From a virus, in IMG/VR virus record IMGVR_UViG_3300025889_000092, positions 1 to 64,000 of that record: a stretch of DNA of 64,000 nt, one strand, 5' to 3'. The position numbers and the translations under genes were made by a program. Positions within the stretch are counted from its first letter, which is position 1. Each line of letters opens with the position of its first letter. The notes beneath the pieces were generated by a model that did no database searches, was not told the DNA's origin, and saw only the letters and a list, made by a program, of their open reading frames with translations. This document shows, piece after piece, positions 43,394 to 53,285 of this stretch.

Positions 43394-45856
43394 ATGGCTT
43401 TAGGTTCTAAGCTCGCTCCCTTTTTTGGCGCTGCTGGAGCTGCCGGAGCTGGTGGCTACGAGATCGAACGTTCGCTGCGGTTCAACTCATCGGATAGCGC
43501 ATCGCTTACGAAAACTTTTAACGCAACTGGCAGTCAAACTACCTATGCATTTTCTTTTTGGCTAAAGAAGACCAACAACAGTAGTATTTACCAAAACATC
43601 CTTATTGACAACGATTCAAGCAGCTCTCAGATAAGAATAAACGATACTACTGGTGGATTTGAGTTGCGCTTTGCTGCTGCAGGAGCCAGTGCCGCTTTAA
43701 CAACAAATAGAAAGTTTAGAGACCCTTCTGCGTGGTATCACATTGTCTGCGTCTACGACTCCACCAATGCAACGTCTAGCAACAGGATGCGAATCTATGT
43801 CAATGGCGTGCGTGAGACTAGCTTTTTAGGCGAGACACAACCGACACAAAACTTAGCTAGCGCGTTCATAACTAATGGGCACACATACACACTAGGTTAT
43901 TTTGCCGCAAACACGGCTATCGACGGGTATTTAGCTGAGGTCAACTACCTGGATGGTCTCACCCCCGGCACTGCTACAGACGATGCCAACGGTTCTGTCA
44001 CGGGTATTCCCAACGCCCAGTACCTGACGGACTTCGGGGAGTTTGACGCCACCACTGGCGTGTGGAACCCCATCGAATATACCGGCAGCTATGGCACCAA
44101 CGGCTTCCACCTGGATTTTGCGGATAACTCTTCTGCCGCTGCACTGGGCTACGACGCCGCTGGTTCTAATGATTGGACCGTCAACAATCTGAGTGTGACG
44201 GCTGGTGCAGGTAACGACTCCCTGCGCGACTCGCCCACGAACGGCGACCCGGCGAATGACACCGGACTTGGCGGAGAAGTGCCGGGGAACTATTGCACTT
44301 GGAATCCTATTGCATCTAACTCTATTTATTTTGCTACACTTTCCAACGGCAATTTAGATGCTGCAGCTAGCGGTAATGCGCGAATAGCATTTGGAACTAT
44401 TGCTATTCCTTCATCCGGAAAGTGGTATTTTGAGGTTACAACCACTGGAAGCCCAAGCTATCCATATATCGGTGTTGCAAGTTATGGCGATACAAGCACC
44501 GCCTACCCCCAGGACAACATTTTTCCAAGTGTCACCTATTACGGCACGGACGGCACAAAAGATGTAGACGGAACTTATAGTGCTTATGGCGCTACATACA
44601 GCAACGCAACCATTGGCGTAGCCGTCAATGTTGACTCGTCTCAAGTCACTTTCTATAAAGACGGCGTTTCTCAAGGAGCAATCTCCAAAGCGGTTGTTGG
44701 AGCGTTTCCTTTTGTAAGCACTGCGGGCGGCAGCGGAACGTTTATAGCAAACTTCGGCCAACGCGCCTTCGCCTACAGCGCCCCCAGCGGCTTCAAGGCG
44801 CTATGCACAGCCAACCTTCCGACGCCGACCATTGCAGACGGCAGCACCGCGATGGATGTGGCGCTTTATACGGGTAATGGAACGTCTGTCACGGTCGCGG
44901 ATCTAGCTTTTAGTCCTGATTTTGTTTGGTTGAAAGGTCGTTCAGACCCGGACAGACATGGTTTGTATGACACTGTGCGTGGAGCTACCAAGCGCCTTCA
45001 GTCTTCGGAGACCAATGCAGAGGATACGCAAAACGGGGTAACTGCTTTTAATTCTGATGGTTTTGTTGTCGGAAATTACGCCGAAACGAATGGAAGTGGT
45101 AGGACGTATGTCGGCTGGACCTGGGACGCCGGCACGAGCAACGCAACCAACACCAGCGGCACAATAACCAGCACCGTCCGCGCTAACATCTCGGCGGGAT
45201 TCTCGATTGTTACCCTAAGTTATTCGGAATTATCAGGTGCTGTAACCGTTGGGCATGGGTTAGGCGTGGCGCCAAAGATGATCATTGTCAAACGCAGAAA
45301 TACCACCGGGAATTGGTATGTCGCTCATACTGGGCTTACGAATATGAGTGGCTACTACCTACTTCTAGAGTCCACAGCGGCTCAAGGTGCTGCAAGCTGG
45401 GGAAGCGCGCCAACTTCCACTGTTTTTGGGATGAGTGACAACATATTTGGAACTGGAGATTACGTCGCCTACTGCTTCGCCCCAGTCGCGGGCTACAGCG
45501 CCTTCGGCAGCTACACCGGCAACGGCAGCGCAACTGACGGTCCGTTTGTTTATACCGGGTTTAGACCAAGGTGGGTGATGATTAAGGGTTATGTTGGCGG
45601 TCAAGGTAGTTCCTCTCAGTGGTTAATTATTGACACTTCAAGAGATACCTATAATGTTGCTGGCAATAAGCTTGCAGCTAATTTATCTGATCTAGAAAAC
45701 TCCGCAAACGTTGGTACAGTTACGCAGAATACTTTAGACATATTAAGTAACGGGTTTAAGCCAAGAACTTCAAACGGAAGCAGTAACGACGGTACCACTT
45801 CGTATGTGTGGGCAGCTTTCGCCGAAAACCCCTTCAAGTACACCCGTGCGCGATAG
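43394..45856 (+). CDS. large tail fibre/receptor-binding protein (LamG/ConA plus SPRY domains)
   Basis: YEIERSLRFN, RDPSAWYHIV, SGKWYFE, NFGQR.F.Y..PSGFKALCT.NLP, YTGNG, YTGFRP, AFAE.PFK. Confidence 0.85.
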   Translation: MALGSKLAPFFGAAGAAGAGGYEIERSLRFNSSDSASLTKTFNATGSQTTYAFSFWLKKTNNSSIYQNILIDNDSSSSQIRINDTTGGFELRFAAAGASAALTTNRKFRDPSAWYHIVCVYDSTNATSSNRMRIYVNGVRETSFLGETQPTQNLASAFITNGHTYTLGYFAANTAIDGYLAEVNYLDGLTPGTATDDANGSVTGIPNAQYLTDFGEFDATTGVWNPIEYTGSYGTNGFHLDFADNSSAAALGYDAAGSNDWTVNNLSVTAGAGNDSLRDSPTNGDPANDTGLGGEVPGNYCTWNPIASNSIYFATLSNGNLDAAASGNARIAFGTIAIPSSGKWYFEVTTTGSPSYPYIGVASYGDTSTAYPQDNIFPSVTYYGTDGTKDVDGTYSAYGATYSNATIGVAVNVDSSQVTFYKDGVSQGAISKAVVGAFPFVSTAGGSGTFIANFGQRAFAYSAPSGFKALCTANLPTPTIADGSTAMDVALYTGNGTSVTVADLAFSPDFVWLKGRSDPDRHGLYDTVRGATKRLQSSETNAEDTQNGVTAFNSDGFVVGNYAETNGSGRTYVGWTWDAGTSNATNTSGTITSTVRANISAGFSIVTLSYSELSGAVTVGHGLGVAPKMIIVKRRNTTGNWYVAHTGLTNMSGYYLLLESTAAQGAASWGSAPTSTVFGMSDNIFGTGDYVAYCFAPVAGYSAFGSYTGNGSATDGPFVYTGFRPRWVMIKGYVGGQGSSSQWLIIDTSRDTYNVAGNKLAANLSDLENSANVGTVTQNTLDILSNGFKPRTSNGSSNDGTTSYVWAAFAENPFKYTRAR

Positions 45857-45927
45857 AGAAACTAATAAAGTCGGCATTTGCTCTACCGTCGACTTAACGG
45901 TTAGAATTTAAAAAAATCCTCGCGTCG

Positions 45928-46503
45928 ATGTTTGTCTTAAACGGAAAACCGTTAGCCCTCGATAGGCCGTTTGAGGCAAACGGTACCCTTTATCCTGCTA
46001 ATTGGCTGAGGTTATCTTCAACCGCAGCTCGTGAAGCCATTGGTATTACTTGGGTTCCGGACCCTCCTTCTTACGACCAACGTTTTTACTGGGGATATAC
46101 AGCTAGCGGTACGTTGATCCCTAAAGATCATGACCAACTGGTCACCCAGTGGACCGACACGACGCGTCAGGCGGCAAATAGCTACCTCACTCCGACTGAC
46201 TGGATGGTCATTCGTGAGGCTGACAACGGCACCGTGGTACCCAGTGGCCTTAAGGCTTGGCGTCAGGATATCCGCTACGCCTGCGAAGGCAAGGTGACTA
46301 TGCTGTCATTGACCACCGATACTTTCGGACTGGCTGAGTACGTCACTTACGTAAGTCCCTCTGGCGGTGCTCCTTCTGATTACAACTATTGGCCCCGTGA
46401 TCCCAGTTCTACTCCTATTTTTATTAGCGACTCTGCTTCTGACGGGCTGGAGCCTCTTATCGATGTCGAAACTGCAGGACCAATTAGCGGAGAAGCAGTT
46501 TGA
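45928..46503 (+). CDS. tail fibre assembly chaperone-like protein
   Basis: YPANWLRL....R.AIGI, YDQRFYW, L..TDWMVIR...WRQ.IR. Confidence 0.75.
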   Translation: MFVLNGKPLALDRPFEANGTLYPANWLRLSSTAAREAIGITWVPDPPSYDQRFYWGYTASGTLIPKDHDQLVTQWTDTTRQAANSYLTPTDWMVIREADNGTVVPSGLKAWRQDIRYACEGKVTMLSLTTDTFGLAEYVTYVSPSGGAPSDYNYWPRDPSSTPIFISDSASDGLEPLIDVETAGPISGEAV

Positions 46504-46512
46504 TAGTTTGCG

Positions 46513-47391
46513 TTAAATTCGCGTTATCAAGGTTCTGAACTTAGAGCGCCAGTCCTGTTTCCATTGGTTCCAGAACGAGATGCACTTTTCCTGCATCTCC
46601 GAGGAACCTTCTTTTTTTATACGCTTTACAACATCTGCCCAGTCGTTTTCAATAACAAACGGTATTTTTTCGGTACCAAAAAACACTGCGTGCCAGTAAG
46701 AGGGTTCCACTTTTATTTGCTCTGTGTGTTTTAGAGTAATAGGTATCGCGCCTGCTTCTAGTGCCTCGTATATACGGAAGCTGTCCATACTATCCTGACC
46801 CTGGGGGCACAAGGCAAACTTAGAGTTATTAAGTAGTTCTCTGTACTCTTCAGTACTCAAACCATCCGCAGCGTTAAAGCCGCTGCAAAAATGTGTCTTG
46901 AAGTTTGTGCTGTAACTTTTTAATTGTTCGACGGCGCTTCTACGCATGTCGTCATGCAAACTACCGGCAAAGCACCAGTCGTATTTTCGATCCTCGAACT
47001 TTTTAATTTCAGTACTGCACTCACTAAAACCCTTCTTGTAGCCAAGACCGAACACAGTCAGTTTTGGATGCCTGTGGTAGAACGGATGGAAATAGTTACG
47101 CGCAACGAAAGCACAGTTGGGATCATGGAGGTACTCCATTGGCTCTCTCAGATTTTCATCAGATAGCAGTATCACTCCGTAGCGTTTCCCGTTTTGTCGT
47201 AAAGCGTCTAAATAAGCTCGATAGTTTACGGCGTGATTACATACAACAACACAGTCTTCTAAAGGAGGTAGGTTATCAAACGTGTTAGTGACGATTACCT
47301 CAACTTCTGCATCTTTAAATAGCTCTGAGAGCCAGTCGTACTCCCATTTATCCAGGTTGACATCAAACCAAATGACTTTTGTTCTTGTCAT
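46513..47391 (-). CDS. exostosin-like (GT47) glycosyltransferase
   Basis: RKYDWCFAG, Y...L.NSKFALCP.G....SFRIYEALEAGAIP. Confidence 0.82.
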   Translation of the reverse strand: MTRTKVIWFDVNLDKWEYDWLSELFKDAEVEVIVTNTFDNLPPLEDCVVVCNHAVNYRAYLDALRQNGKRYGVILLSDENLREPMEYLHDPNCAFVARNYFHPFYHRHPKLTVFGLGYKKGFSECSTEIKKFEDRKYDWCFAGSLHDDMRRSAVEQLKSYSTNFKTHFCSGFNAADGLSTEEYRELLNNSKFALCPQGQDSMDSFRIYEALEAGAIPITLKHTEQIKVEPSYWHAVFFGTEKIPFVIENDWADVVKRIKKEGSSEMQEKCISFWNQWKQDWRSKFRTLITRI

Positions 47392-47492
47392 ACGTCGATT
47401 TTAATGCTTGGCTAGTTTAAACCAAAGTCCGTAGCCGCCAACAAAAAACTTAGGTGGTAGACTTAAAAATATAACCCTGCCGACAGGGATAA

Positions 47493-48002
47493 ATGACAGA
47501 CCGGGCGATTTTTAATCGGAAGTACACTTCCTTTACTTCTGGCAGTACGTCTGTCTTTCTCGTTAACGGAGCTGGGGTTACCACCCAGTTGTCTCCTACC
47601 GAGGACTTTACTGCTGGTGAAGATTTACTTCAAGGCGATTTTGTTTACGTAAGCGGCGTTTCTGTCTTTAAAGCAAGCGCCCTCAGCGGTCTTGCAGCTA
47701 CTAACTACGCTGCAATTGGCGCAACTGCGGCAGCGGCTTCTATTGGTGGCACCGTTTCCGTTAATTTAGACAGCATTGTTGTCCTGGGTGATGCCAACAT
47801 TACGGCTGATTCCGCGCTTATTCCTGGTGAGTACTATTATCTTTCTAAGTATTCAGGGCAAGTTACAAGGTTCTCCACGGCGTCGGGTACTATTTCAAAC
47901 TCCGGTACCCTCCAGTATCAGGTCGTCGCCCCCGTGGGACAAGCCTTAAGCACTTCGGAGCTCGAGGTTGAGATTCAGCCCGTTACCATCATTTTTGATT
48001 AA
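47493..48002 (+). CDS. putative virion structural protein
   Basis: AGEDL..GD.VYV...L.PG..YYLS...G....VGQALS..EL. Confidence 0.65.
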   Translation: MTDRAIFNRKYTSFTSGSTSVFLVNGAGVTTQLSPTEDFTAGEDLLQGDFVYVSGVSVFKASALSGLAATNYAAIGATAAAASIGGTVSVNLDSIVVLGDANITADSALIPGEYYYLSKYSGQVTRFSTASGTISNSGTLQYQVVAPVGQALSTSELEVEIQPVTIIFD

Positions 48003-48634
48003 TAGTTCTCACTTAGTGTTTTTATAAGAGTGTTCAGAAGCATTCGGGAGTCATTGTCTTCTCCCGTAGCCGTGTTTTTATCGAACTCAAGTTCTTGATT
48101 AAACGTGTAGTGAAGAAAAATTTGCTTGACCCACTTTTGCTGGCATTTTTCTCGCCAGTGTGGCAGCTCCATACCCATGTAGATGATTCCGTCACCTATT
48201 TCAGGTTTACCTGAATACGTGACTTCCTGCTGTTTGTTCTCGAAAAATATCTCCCAGGGTTGACTCTTATCGTGCATATCCAAGCATATAGAGATACTTA
48301 ACTCACATTCAGGTCTGTCTATATGTTTTTTTAAGTCTTGAAATTTATAGTATTTTCTGTAAAACCCGTATGTGCTGTAAATACTTTCTAATTCTAGTTT
48401 ATTTTTAAGTTTTTCGAGAACTATACTGTTTGCTATTTTTGTTCCTACTGAGTTGTAGACTTCTCTGGAACCTTCAACTTGATTAGAGTTTGTTTTTACT
48501 GCTTTTAGTATATCTAACTCAGTTTGTATGCTGAGGTACTTACAAAGATCATAATCAAGAATGTTTTTTACTAGACAGCACCTGTTACTAGAGAAGTCTT
48601 TGATATTTTCAGATATTTGTGTGATGCCTGCCAT
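47999..48634 (-). CDS. 2OG-Fe(II) oxygenase
   Basis: LKKHIDRPECE.S.S, GDG.IY.G....HWRE, Q.FLHY. Confidence 0.85.
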   Translation of the reverse strand: MAGITQISENIKDFSSNRCCLVKNILDYDLCKYLSIQTELDILKAVKTNSNQVEGSREVYNSVGTKIANSIVLEKLKNKLELESIYSTYGFYRKYYKFQDLKKHIDRPECELSISICLDMHDKSQPWEIFFENKQQEVTYSGKPEIGDGIIYMGMELPHWREKCQQKWVKQIFLHYTFNQELEFDKNTATGEDNDSRMLLNTLIKTLSENY

Positions 48635-48685
48635 AATCTTTTTAAGTAGATTTATAATGTAGCTACACAGGAGATTAGCGGCAAA

Positions 48686-49084
48686 GTGACGTTAAGAAAA
48701 CCCCTCGTCATTATTAGTGGTTTATCTTCTCAGTTGCCTCCTGGCGACACCATCGAAGGGGCCGCTGTTTCAAGCACTGCAACAGCAGGCAGCGGCCTTT
48801 CTGGAGGGGGCGCGGTCGGAAGCGACTTTAGATATGACGTAGTTCTAGCGGCGAGTGCAAGCGGACTGATCTTTACTCCTGGCGCAAGCGGCCTAGGTAT
48901 TGACGGTTCGGCAATTGCGTCCGGCAATGCTGCGCTTAGCCTCGGCAATACCGCTTTATCCTCAGGTAACGCAGCCCTTGTGGACGCTTCGACCGCCCAA
49001 GCATCGGGTAATGCCGCATTGGCTGCGGTAGCAACTAAACCGACGACCGCTTCTGTCGTTGGTTTGATTATTGCTCTCGGCTAA
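48686..49084 (+). CDS. fibre-related protein with ASGNAAL repeats
   Basis: RKPLV..SG...QL..GD; AGSGLSGGG; ASGNAAL repeats. Confidence 0.7.
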   Translation: MTLRKPLVIISGLSSQLPPGDTIEGAAVSSTATAGSGLSGGGAVGSDFRYDVVLAASASGLIFTPGASGLGIDGSAIASGNAALSLGNTALSSGNAALVDASTAQASGNAALAAVATKPTTASVVGLIIALG

Positions 49085-49125
49085 TTGTTCTGAAGCTGCT
49101 ATAATTTTTGTAAGGAGGCCACATC

Positions 49126-49449
49126 ATGTCAGCTTTTGTCGCTTCGGGTGTTGACTTACCTGGAACGGAGCCTTTAACCGTCTTAAGGAACGCCAACTAC
49201 GATCAAGTAGTTCTTAGTATTCTTGGGGCAAATACTGGCGCTAGTCCCGTTAACTTAGATCTTACTGTTTCCGGTTCTACTACCGGTTACAAATATCTTT
49301 TTAAGAATAATCAGGTCGCTGCCGGTAACTCGACAGATTACGTCGCAAATAAATATATACTTCCCTCGGGCTGTGAGCTTCAAAGTCGTGCTTCTGCAAG
49401 CGGCACAGTTACTATGTTTACGAGCTCGTATTTGGTCGATTACCCCTAA
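49126..49449 (+). CDS. small virion beta-protein
   Basis: SD AAGGAGG; 107 aa. Confidence 0.65.
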   Translation: MSAFVASGVDLPGTEPLTVLRNANYDQVVLSILGANTGASPVNLDLTVSGSTTGYKYLFKNNQVAAGNSTDYVANKYILPSGCELQSRASASGTVTMFTSSYLVDYP

Positions 49450-50540
49450 TGTCTAACCGTTGGGAACGCGGTCAATCACCGCCGTATACGCTTTCTCGGC
49501 TTACGACCGGGGGCACTGTAATTGCGAGTAGCACCGCTCTCGAGAGTTCCCAAACGGGTAATTCTCAACTTTCTATTGCCGGTCAAATTGTTCCTTATTT
49601 CAACTCTGTTTTCCATCAAGGTGACGGTGAAGCGGCTGTCTCTGGTTATGTTACCCCTAGTGGCCAAACTTTAAGCCGCACTAATTACGCAGCGCTATAC
49701 GGACGCATTTCGACTACTTGGGGAGTAGGGGACGGAGTCAATACCTTTAATGTTCCCAAAGTTGATGGCGGCGTAAGTTTGCAATGCGCTACAGCTCCTT
49801 CAGTTCCTAAACCTGTCGGTACTGTTTCTTCTGGCACCTTCCCGGTTCATACTCATAACATTCTTATAGCGCCTAGTCCTGCATACAATTGCCCCTATAT
49901 ACCTAATTTTGGCGGCCCTAATGGGTTCGATCCGACTGGAAACAACGAAATTTACCCCTCGACTAGAACCGTTAATCCTATTCCCGTCAGCAACCCGAAC
50001 CCACTATCAATAAATGCAAACTCCCGCATGATCGGGACCCTTTCGGCTACCGCACTGGCTGTTCAGGATTCTAATGTTCTTCCGATAGGAACGATCATTG
50101 GTTACATAGGTACGTCTACTAACTGGGATAATACTGTTTACCCTTGGCTTCTTTGCGACGGTTCCGCGTATCAACGCGCTGATTATCCAGCTCTTTATGC
50201 ACTGTGGGGAACTACGTTCGGCTCCTCTTCATCTACAAATTTTTTAGTTCCTAATTTACAAGGAAGATTTATATACCACGGTAACCAGTACACTGGTCAG
50301 TATGAAAGTTTGTCAATTAATCCATCTACGATATTTCAAAATATTGGCGAGATGATGCCCCAGCATATTCACGCTCTCAGTAGCCCTCGTAGTATTGCAG
50401 CTAACGATACTCGACAGAAAAACCCAGCTAGCACTGGTTCTGACGGTGCCCCTGTGCTTGTTAGTACCGTAAGCACTGGACCGGGAACCCAGTCTGTACC
50501 CGGTAATGCTTCTGTTCTTTGGCTGGTGAAGGCGTCATGA
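49449..50540 (+). CDS. tail collar domain protein (two domains)
   Basis: GQ.LSRT.YAALY..I.TTWG.GDG..TFNVP; P.GTI......WLLCDGS...RADYPALYA..GT.FG......F.VPNLQGRF. Confidence 0.88.
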   Translation: MSNRWERGQSPPYTLSRLTTGGTVIASSTALESSQTGNSQLSIAGQIVPYFNSVFHQGDGEAAVSGYVTPSGQTLSRTNYAALYGRISTTWGVGDGVNTFNVPKVDGGVSLQCATAPSVPKPVGTVSSGTFPVHTHNILIAPSPAYNCPYIPNFGGPNGFDPTGNNEIYPSTRTVNPIPVSNPNPLSINANSRMIGTLSATALAVQDSNVLPIGTIIGYIGTSTNWDNTVYPWLLCDGSAYQRADYPALYALWGTTFGSSSSTNFLVPNLQGRFIYHGNQYTGQYESLSINPSTIFQNIGEMMPQHIHALSSPRSIAANDTRQKNPASTGSDGAPVLVSTVSTGPGTQSVPGNASVLWLVKAS

Positions 50541-51076
50541 TTATTGGAGCCCTTATTACAGTTGCCTGGGACACAGGCGGCAACATTTTTACCGATGCTT
50601 TGGGTCGATTGTGGAAACGACCTGACGGGTCTTCTCTTTTAATTGCGGATTATCCTGATCTCTATGCCGTTATTGGAACTCGTTATGGTAGCGCTACAGC
50701 TTTAGATTTTAAGCTCCCTAATTTCACCACACGTTTTGTACGTGGCTGGGATCCAGCAGCATCAATTGATGTTGATGCCGCATCAAGGACGATTCCTGGC
50801 CCAGGAGCCACAAGTGCGGACGCTGGTACTGTACAACCTGAGATCGTACGGACACACTCTCACTATGGTTTTGATGCGGGTCGGTTTGTTAGGACTGACA
50901 TTCCCGGCACCTGGGCCGACCCAGGAGCCGTTAATGTATATGGTTCAGGACCCAATTTTCCGAGTCCTACAACCGCTACAACTATTAGCGGGTATACAAC
51001 CAACCGTGTGAATTACACCCCTGACGGCTTCAAGCCTTATCATATGGTTGTAGACTTCTTAATCAGAATAAAGTAA
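50537..51076 (+). CDS. tail collar domain protein
   Basis: DGS.L.IADYP.LYAVIGTRYG.....F.LPN...RFVRGWD. Confidence 0.85.
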   Translation: MIIGALITVAWDTGGNIFTDALGRLWKRPDGSSLLIADYPDLYAVIGTRYGSATALDFKLPNFTTRFVRGWDPAASIDVDAASRTIPGPGATSADAGTVQPEIVRTHSHYGFDAGRFVRTDIPGTWADPGAVNVYGSGPNFPSPTTATTISGYTTNRVNYTPDGFKPYHMVVDFLIRIK

Positions 51077-51603
51077 TGACTACTTTTTTCCGCAAAGGAG
51101 AGCAACCGAGTCCTCTTCCGGATGTCTATACCGATGATTCCGGCACAAGCTATACCAACCTCTATAGCTTATCCGAGGCACAGCTTAATTTATTAGGTTT
51201 TTATAAGGGCGCTGATGCACCTATTTTGAGTGATTTATTCCACTCTTTTGCCGAGTGGAGTTTACAAGATGAACAGTGGGAAATTCGTGATCGTATTTAT
51301 GACGATCGTTTGAATATTTTTACCGGCATGATTAACGATCACGTTAATCAGTGGCGTAAAATTATGCGTACATTTGAACTTCAAGTACTTACAGGGGATT
51401 ATGAAACCGAAGCAGATCTCCAAAAGCTTAAAGATTCTATTACCTGGGTTAAACAAAAAATAGTTTCTTTAGAAAACATAACGTACAGGAACTGGCAGGA
51501 ACCCAGCGTGGCTGGCTTTGCTTCTGACCAGGACTATAATCCAGAAGCATTCAACTTCATGGATAATGAGCCTGAACCCTCCTTCAGTAGAGTTGGAAGC
51601 TGA
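51076..51603 (+). CDS. hypothetical protein (fibre chaperone-like)
   Basis: 175 aa following the collar genes. Confidence 0.6.
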   Translation: MTTFFRKGEQPSPLPDVYTDDSGTSYTNLYSLSEAQLNLLGFYKGADAPILSDLFHSFAEWSLQDEQWEIRDRIYDDRLNIFTGMINDHVNQWRKIMRTFELQVLTGDYETEADLQKLKDSITWVKQKIVSLENITYRNWQEPSVAGFASDQDYNPEAFNFMDNEPEPSFSRVGS

Positions 51604-52192
51604 GCTTGAGGAGCTTTACGAAGCATTTATAAATTCTTATTTTTTTTCTGACGGTAAAGACAATTTCTTAGGTTATAGGAGTATGGATGTGGCTCCGTTT
51701 GTCTTGGAGCCACGTTCTTCTTTTTTACTTGAAATTCCTATAAAGTGCCCGATTTTATCTAATTTTTTGCAGGTCTATAAAAACCGCTATATGTGGTTTC
51801 AAGGGTCGTCTTGCGAACGTATTACTGCTGAGGACAGAAAGAGCTCGAAGTATAAACCTTTTTGGACAATTCTTGATAATTTTTTTGAAGATTCGGCTAG
51901 GCAGTATCAACGTTTTTATAATTTACCTGATTTATACGGGATGTTTGAAACCTTTGACGTTTGTTCCACAGCTCAATCTCTAAATTTTACCTTTAATGGC
52001 ATAATTGATAACTATAAAATTGCCTGTTTAGTTAATTTCGGGAGTAGTGATCTATCTAACGTATTTATTAATTATCCCGACGTACAAATTAAGTCCAATT
52101 TTTTATACTTATTTCCTTCTTCTTTTACACACAGTTTAAGCTCTAGTTTTTGTGCTGAAGAGATTTTTACATTATTAGGAGGGTTCGCATGA
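51566..52192 (+). CDS. divergent 2OG-Fe(II) oxygenase-like protein
   Basis: C-terminal LFPSSFTH; no HxD motif recognisable. Confidence 0.45.
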   Translation: MSLNPPSVELEAELEELYEAFINSYFFSDGKDNFLGYRSMDVAPFVLEPRSSFLLEIPIKCPILSNFLQVYKNRYMWFQGSSCERITAEDRKSSKYKPFWTILDNFFEDSARQYQRFYNLPDLYGMFETFDVCSTAQSLNFTFNGIIDNYKIACLVNFGSSDLSNVFINYPDVQIKSNFLYLFPSSFTHSLSSSFCAEEIFTLLGGFA

Positions 52193-52803
52193 AAAGTTTA
52201 AATTTGACTCGATTAAAACAAGCCCCTAATTTAAAATCCTACATTCGCTATTCTGAAAACTTTTGTTCGCTACATTTTTGTGAAAAATTAATTAAAGAAA
52301 GTAAGCACAGACGAGATAATCACTCTGTCGTGGGAGGGAATGTAAAAAACACAAATATTCGTGATGCATGCGACATTAGTTTTTCCTTTGAAGATCCTCT
52401 ACGGAATGAACTTGAACAGTACTTTACTGAACAGATGCTGGCTTATGTAGAAGCTTATGAGTTTACGGCTTTGAACACCGATCAACTTTTTCCAGAAATT
52501 TGTATTGTATCGTATAACAATCAGAGGGGCTACATACCTCATGTAGACGCTAATAGACCTTTTAACGAAAAAAAACAAACTCGTTTTATAAGTATTGTTG
52601 CGTACTTTAATGATGACTACACAGGAGGCGATGTTTATTTTCCAAATATCGGTGTTTCTTTTAAACCTAAACAGGGTTCTTGTTTAATTTTTCCGAGTGA
52701 CGACCTCTTTGTTCACGGAGTGAAACCTGTGAGGGGGTTTAAACTTATATCACCTTGTTGGTTTCACAGTAAAGTTACTGGTATCAATCCATTCGGCTTT
52801 TGA
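52189..52803 (+). CDS. prolyl-4-hydroxylase-like 2OG-Fe(II) oxygenase
   Basis: Y.PHVD, S.V.Y.NDDY.GG...F, KPK.GS.LIFPS....HGV.PV.G.K. Confidence 0.9.
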   Translation: MKSLNLTRLKQAPNLKSYIRYSENFCSLHFCEKLIKESKHRRDNHSVVGGNVKNTNIRDACDISFSFEDPLRNELEQYFTEQMLAYVEAYEFTALNTDQLFPEICIVSYNNQRGYIPHVDANRPFNEKKQTRFISIVAYFNDDYTGGDVYFPNIGVSFKPKQGSCLIFPSDDLFVHGVKPVRGFKLISPCWFHSKVTGINPFGF

Positions 52804-53268
52804 GCAGAACTTAAGTTCAAACATAAGTATATTTTGCGGCGTATCAGGCTTTAATTTTAAACCTTTTTTACATAAGATTAAGTCTCCTGCAGAGTACTGT
52901 ATTGCTGCGTCGTCTTCAAGATTATTATCTATTACTATAGTTGCTTTACTTGTTTCGCATTTAGTTCTGGTTCTTAGAATTACAAATCCGGTGTAATCGT
53001 ATTCTGCCTCCAATACTGCAGCTTTACAGTGCGTAAGTTTATTGATTTTTACAGTAGTTTCTGTTAAAGAATATATATTCATAGACGCAATGTTTGACAC
53101 TATATTTTTCTCTTCTTCTGTTAGGTCTAAGTCGTCTTTTCTAAGAGATATAAATTGACACAATTGCCTATCTAGTAGACGGTTGTACGTAATATAAGGT
53201 TCGGATTCGAGCTTATCGAATTCGAGCTCCGAGCTTACAAACGGAATACAAGCTCCCGACCAGGGCAT
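52750..53268 (-). CDS. hypothetical protein
   Basis: 172 aa AT-rich ORF. Confidence 0.55.
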   Translation of the reverse strand: MPWSGACIPFVSSELEFDKLESEPYITYNRLLDRQLCQFISLRKDDLDLTEEEKNIVSNIASMNIYSLTETTVKINKLTHCKAAVLEAEYDYTGFVILRTRTKCETSKATIVIDNNLEDDAAIQYSAGDLILCKKGLKLKPDTPQNILMFELKFCSKAEWIDTSNFTVKPTR

Positions 53269-53285
53269 CTGTTCTTAGTTGCACT

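Noticed and set aside
43394-51076. Diversity-generating retroelement or invertible fibre cassette
   Set aside because: No RT or invertase, and no template/variable repeat pair was seen.
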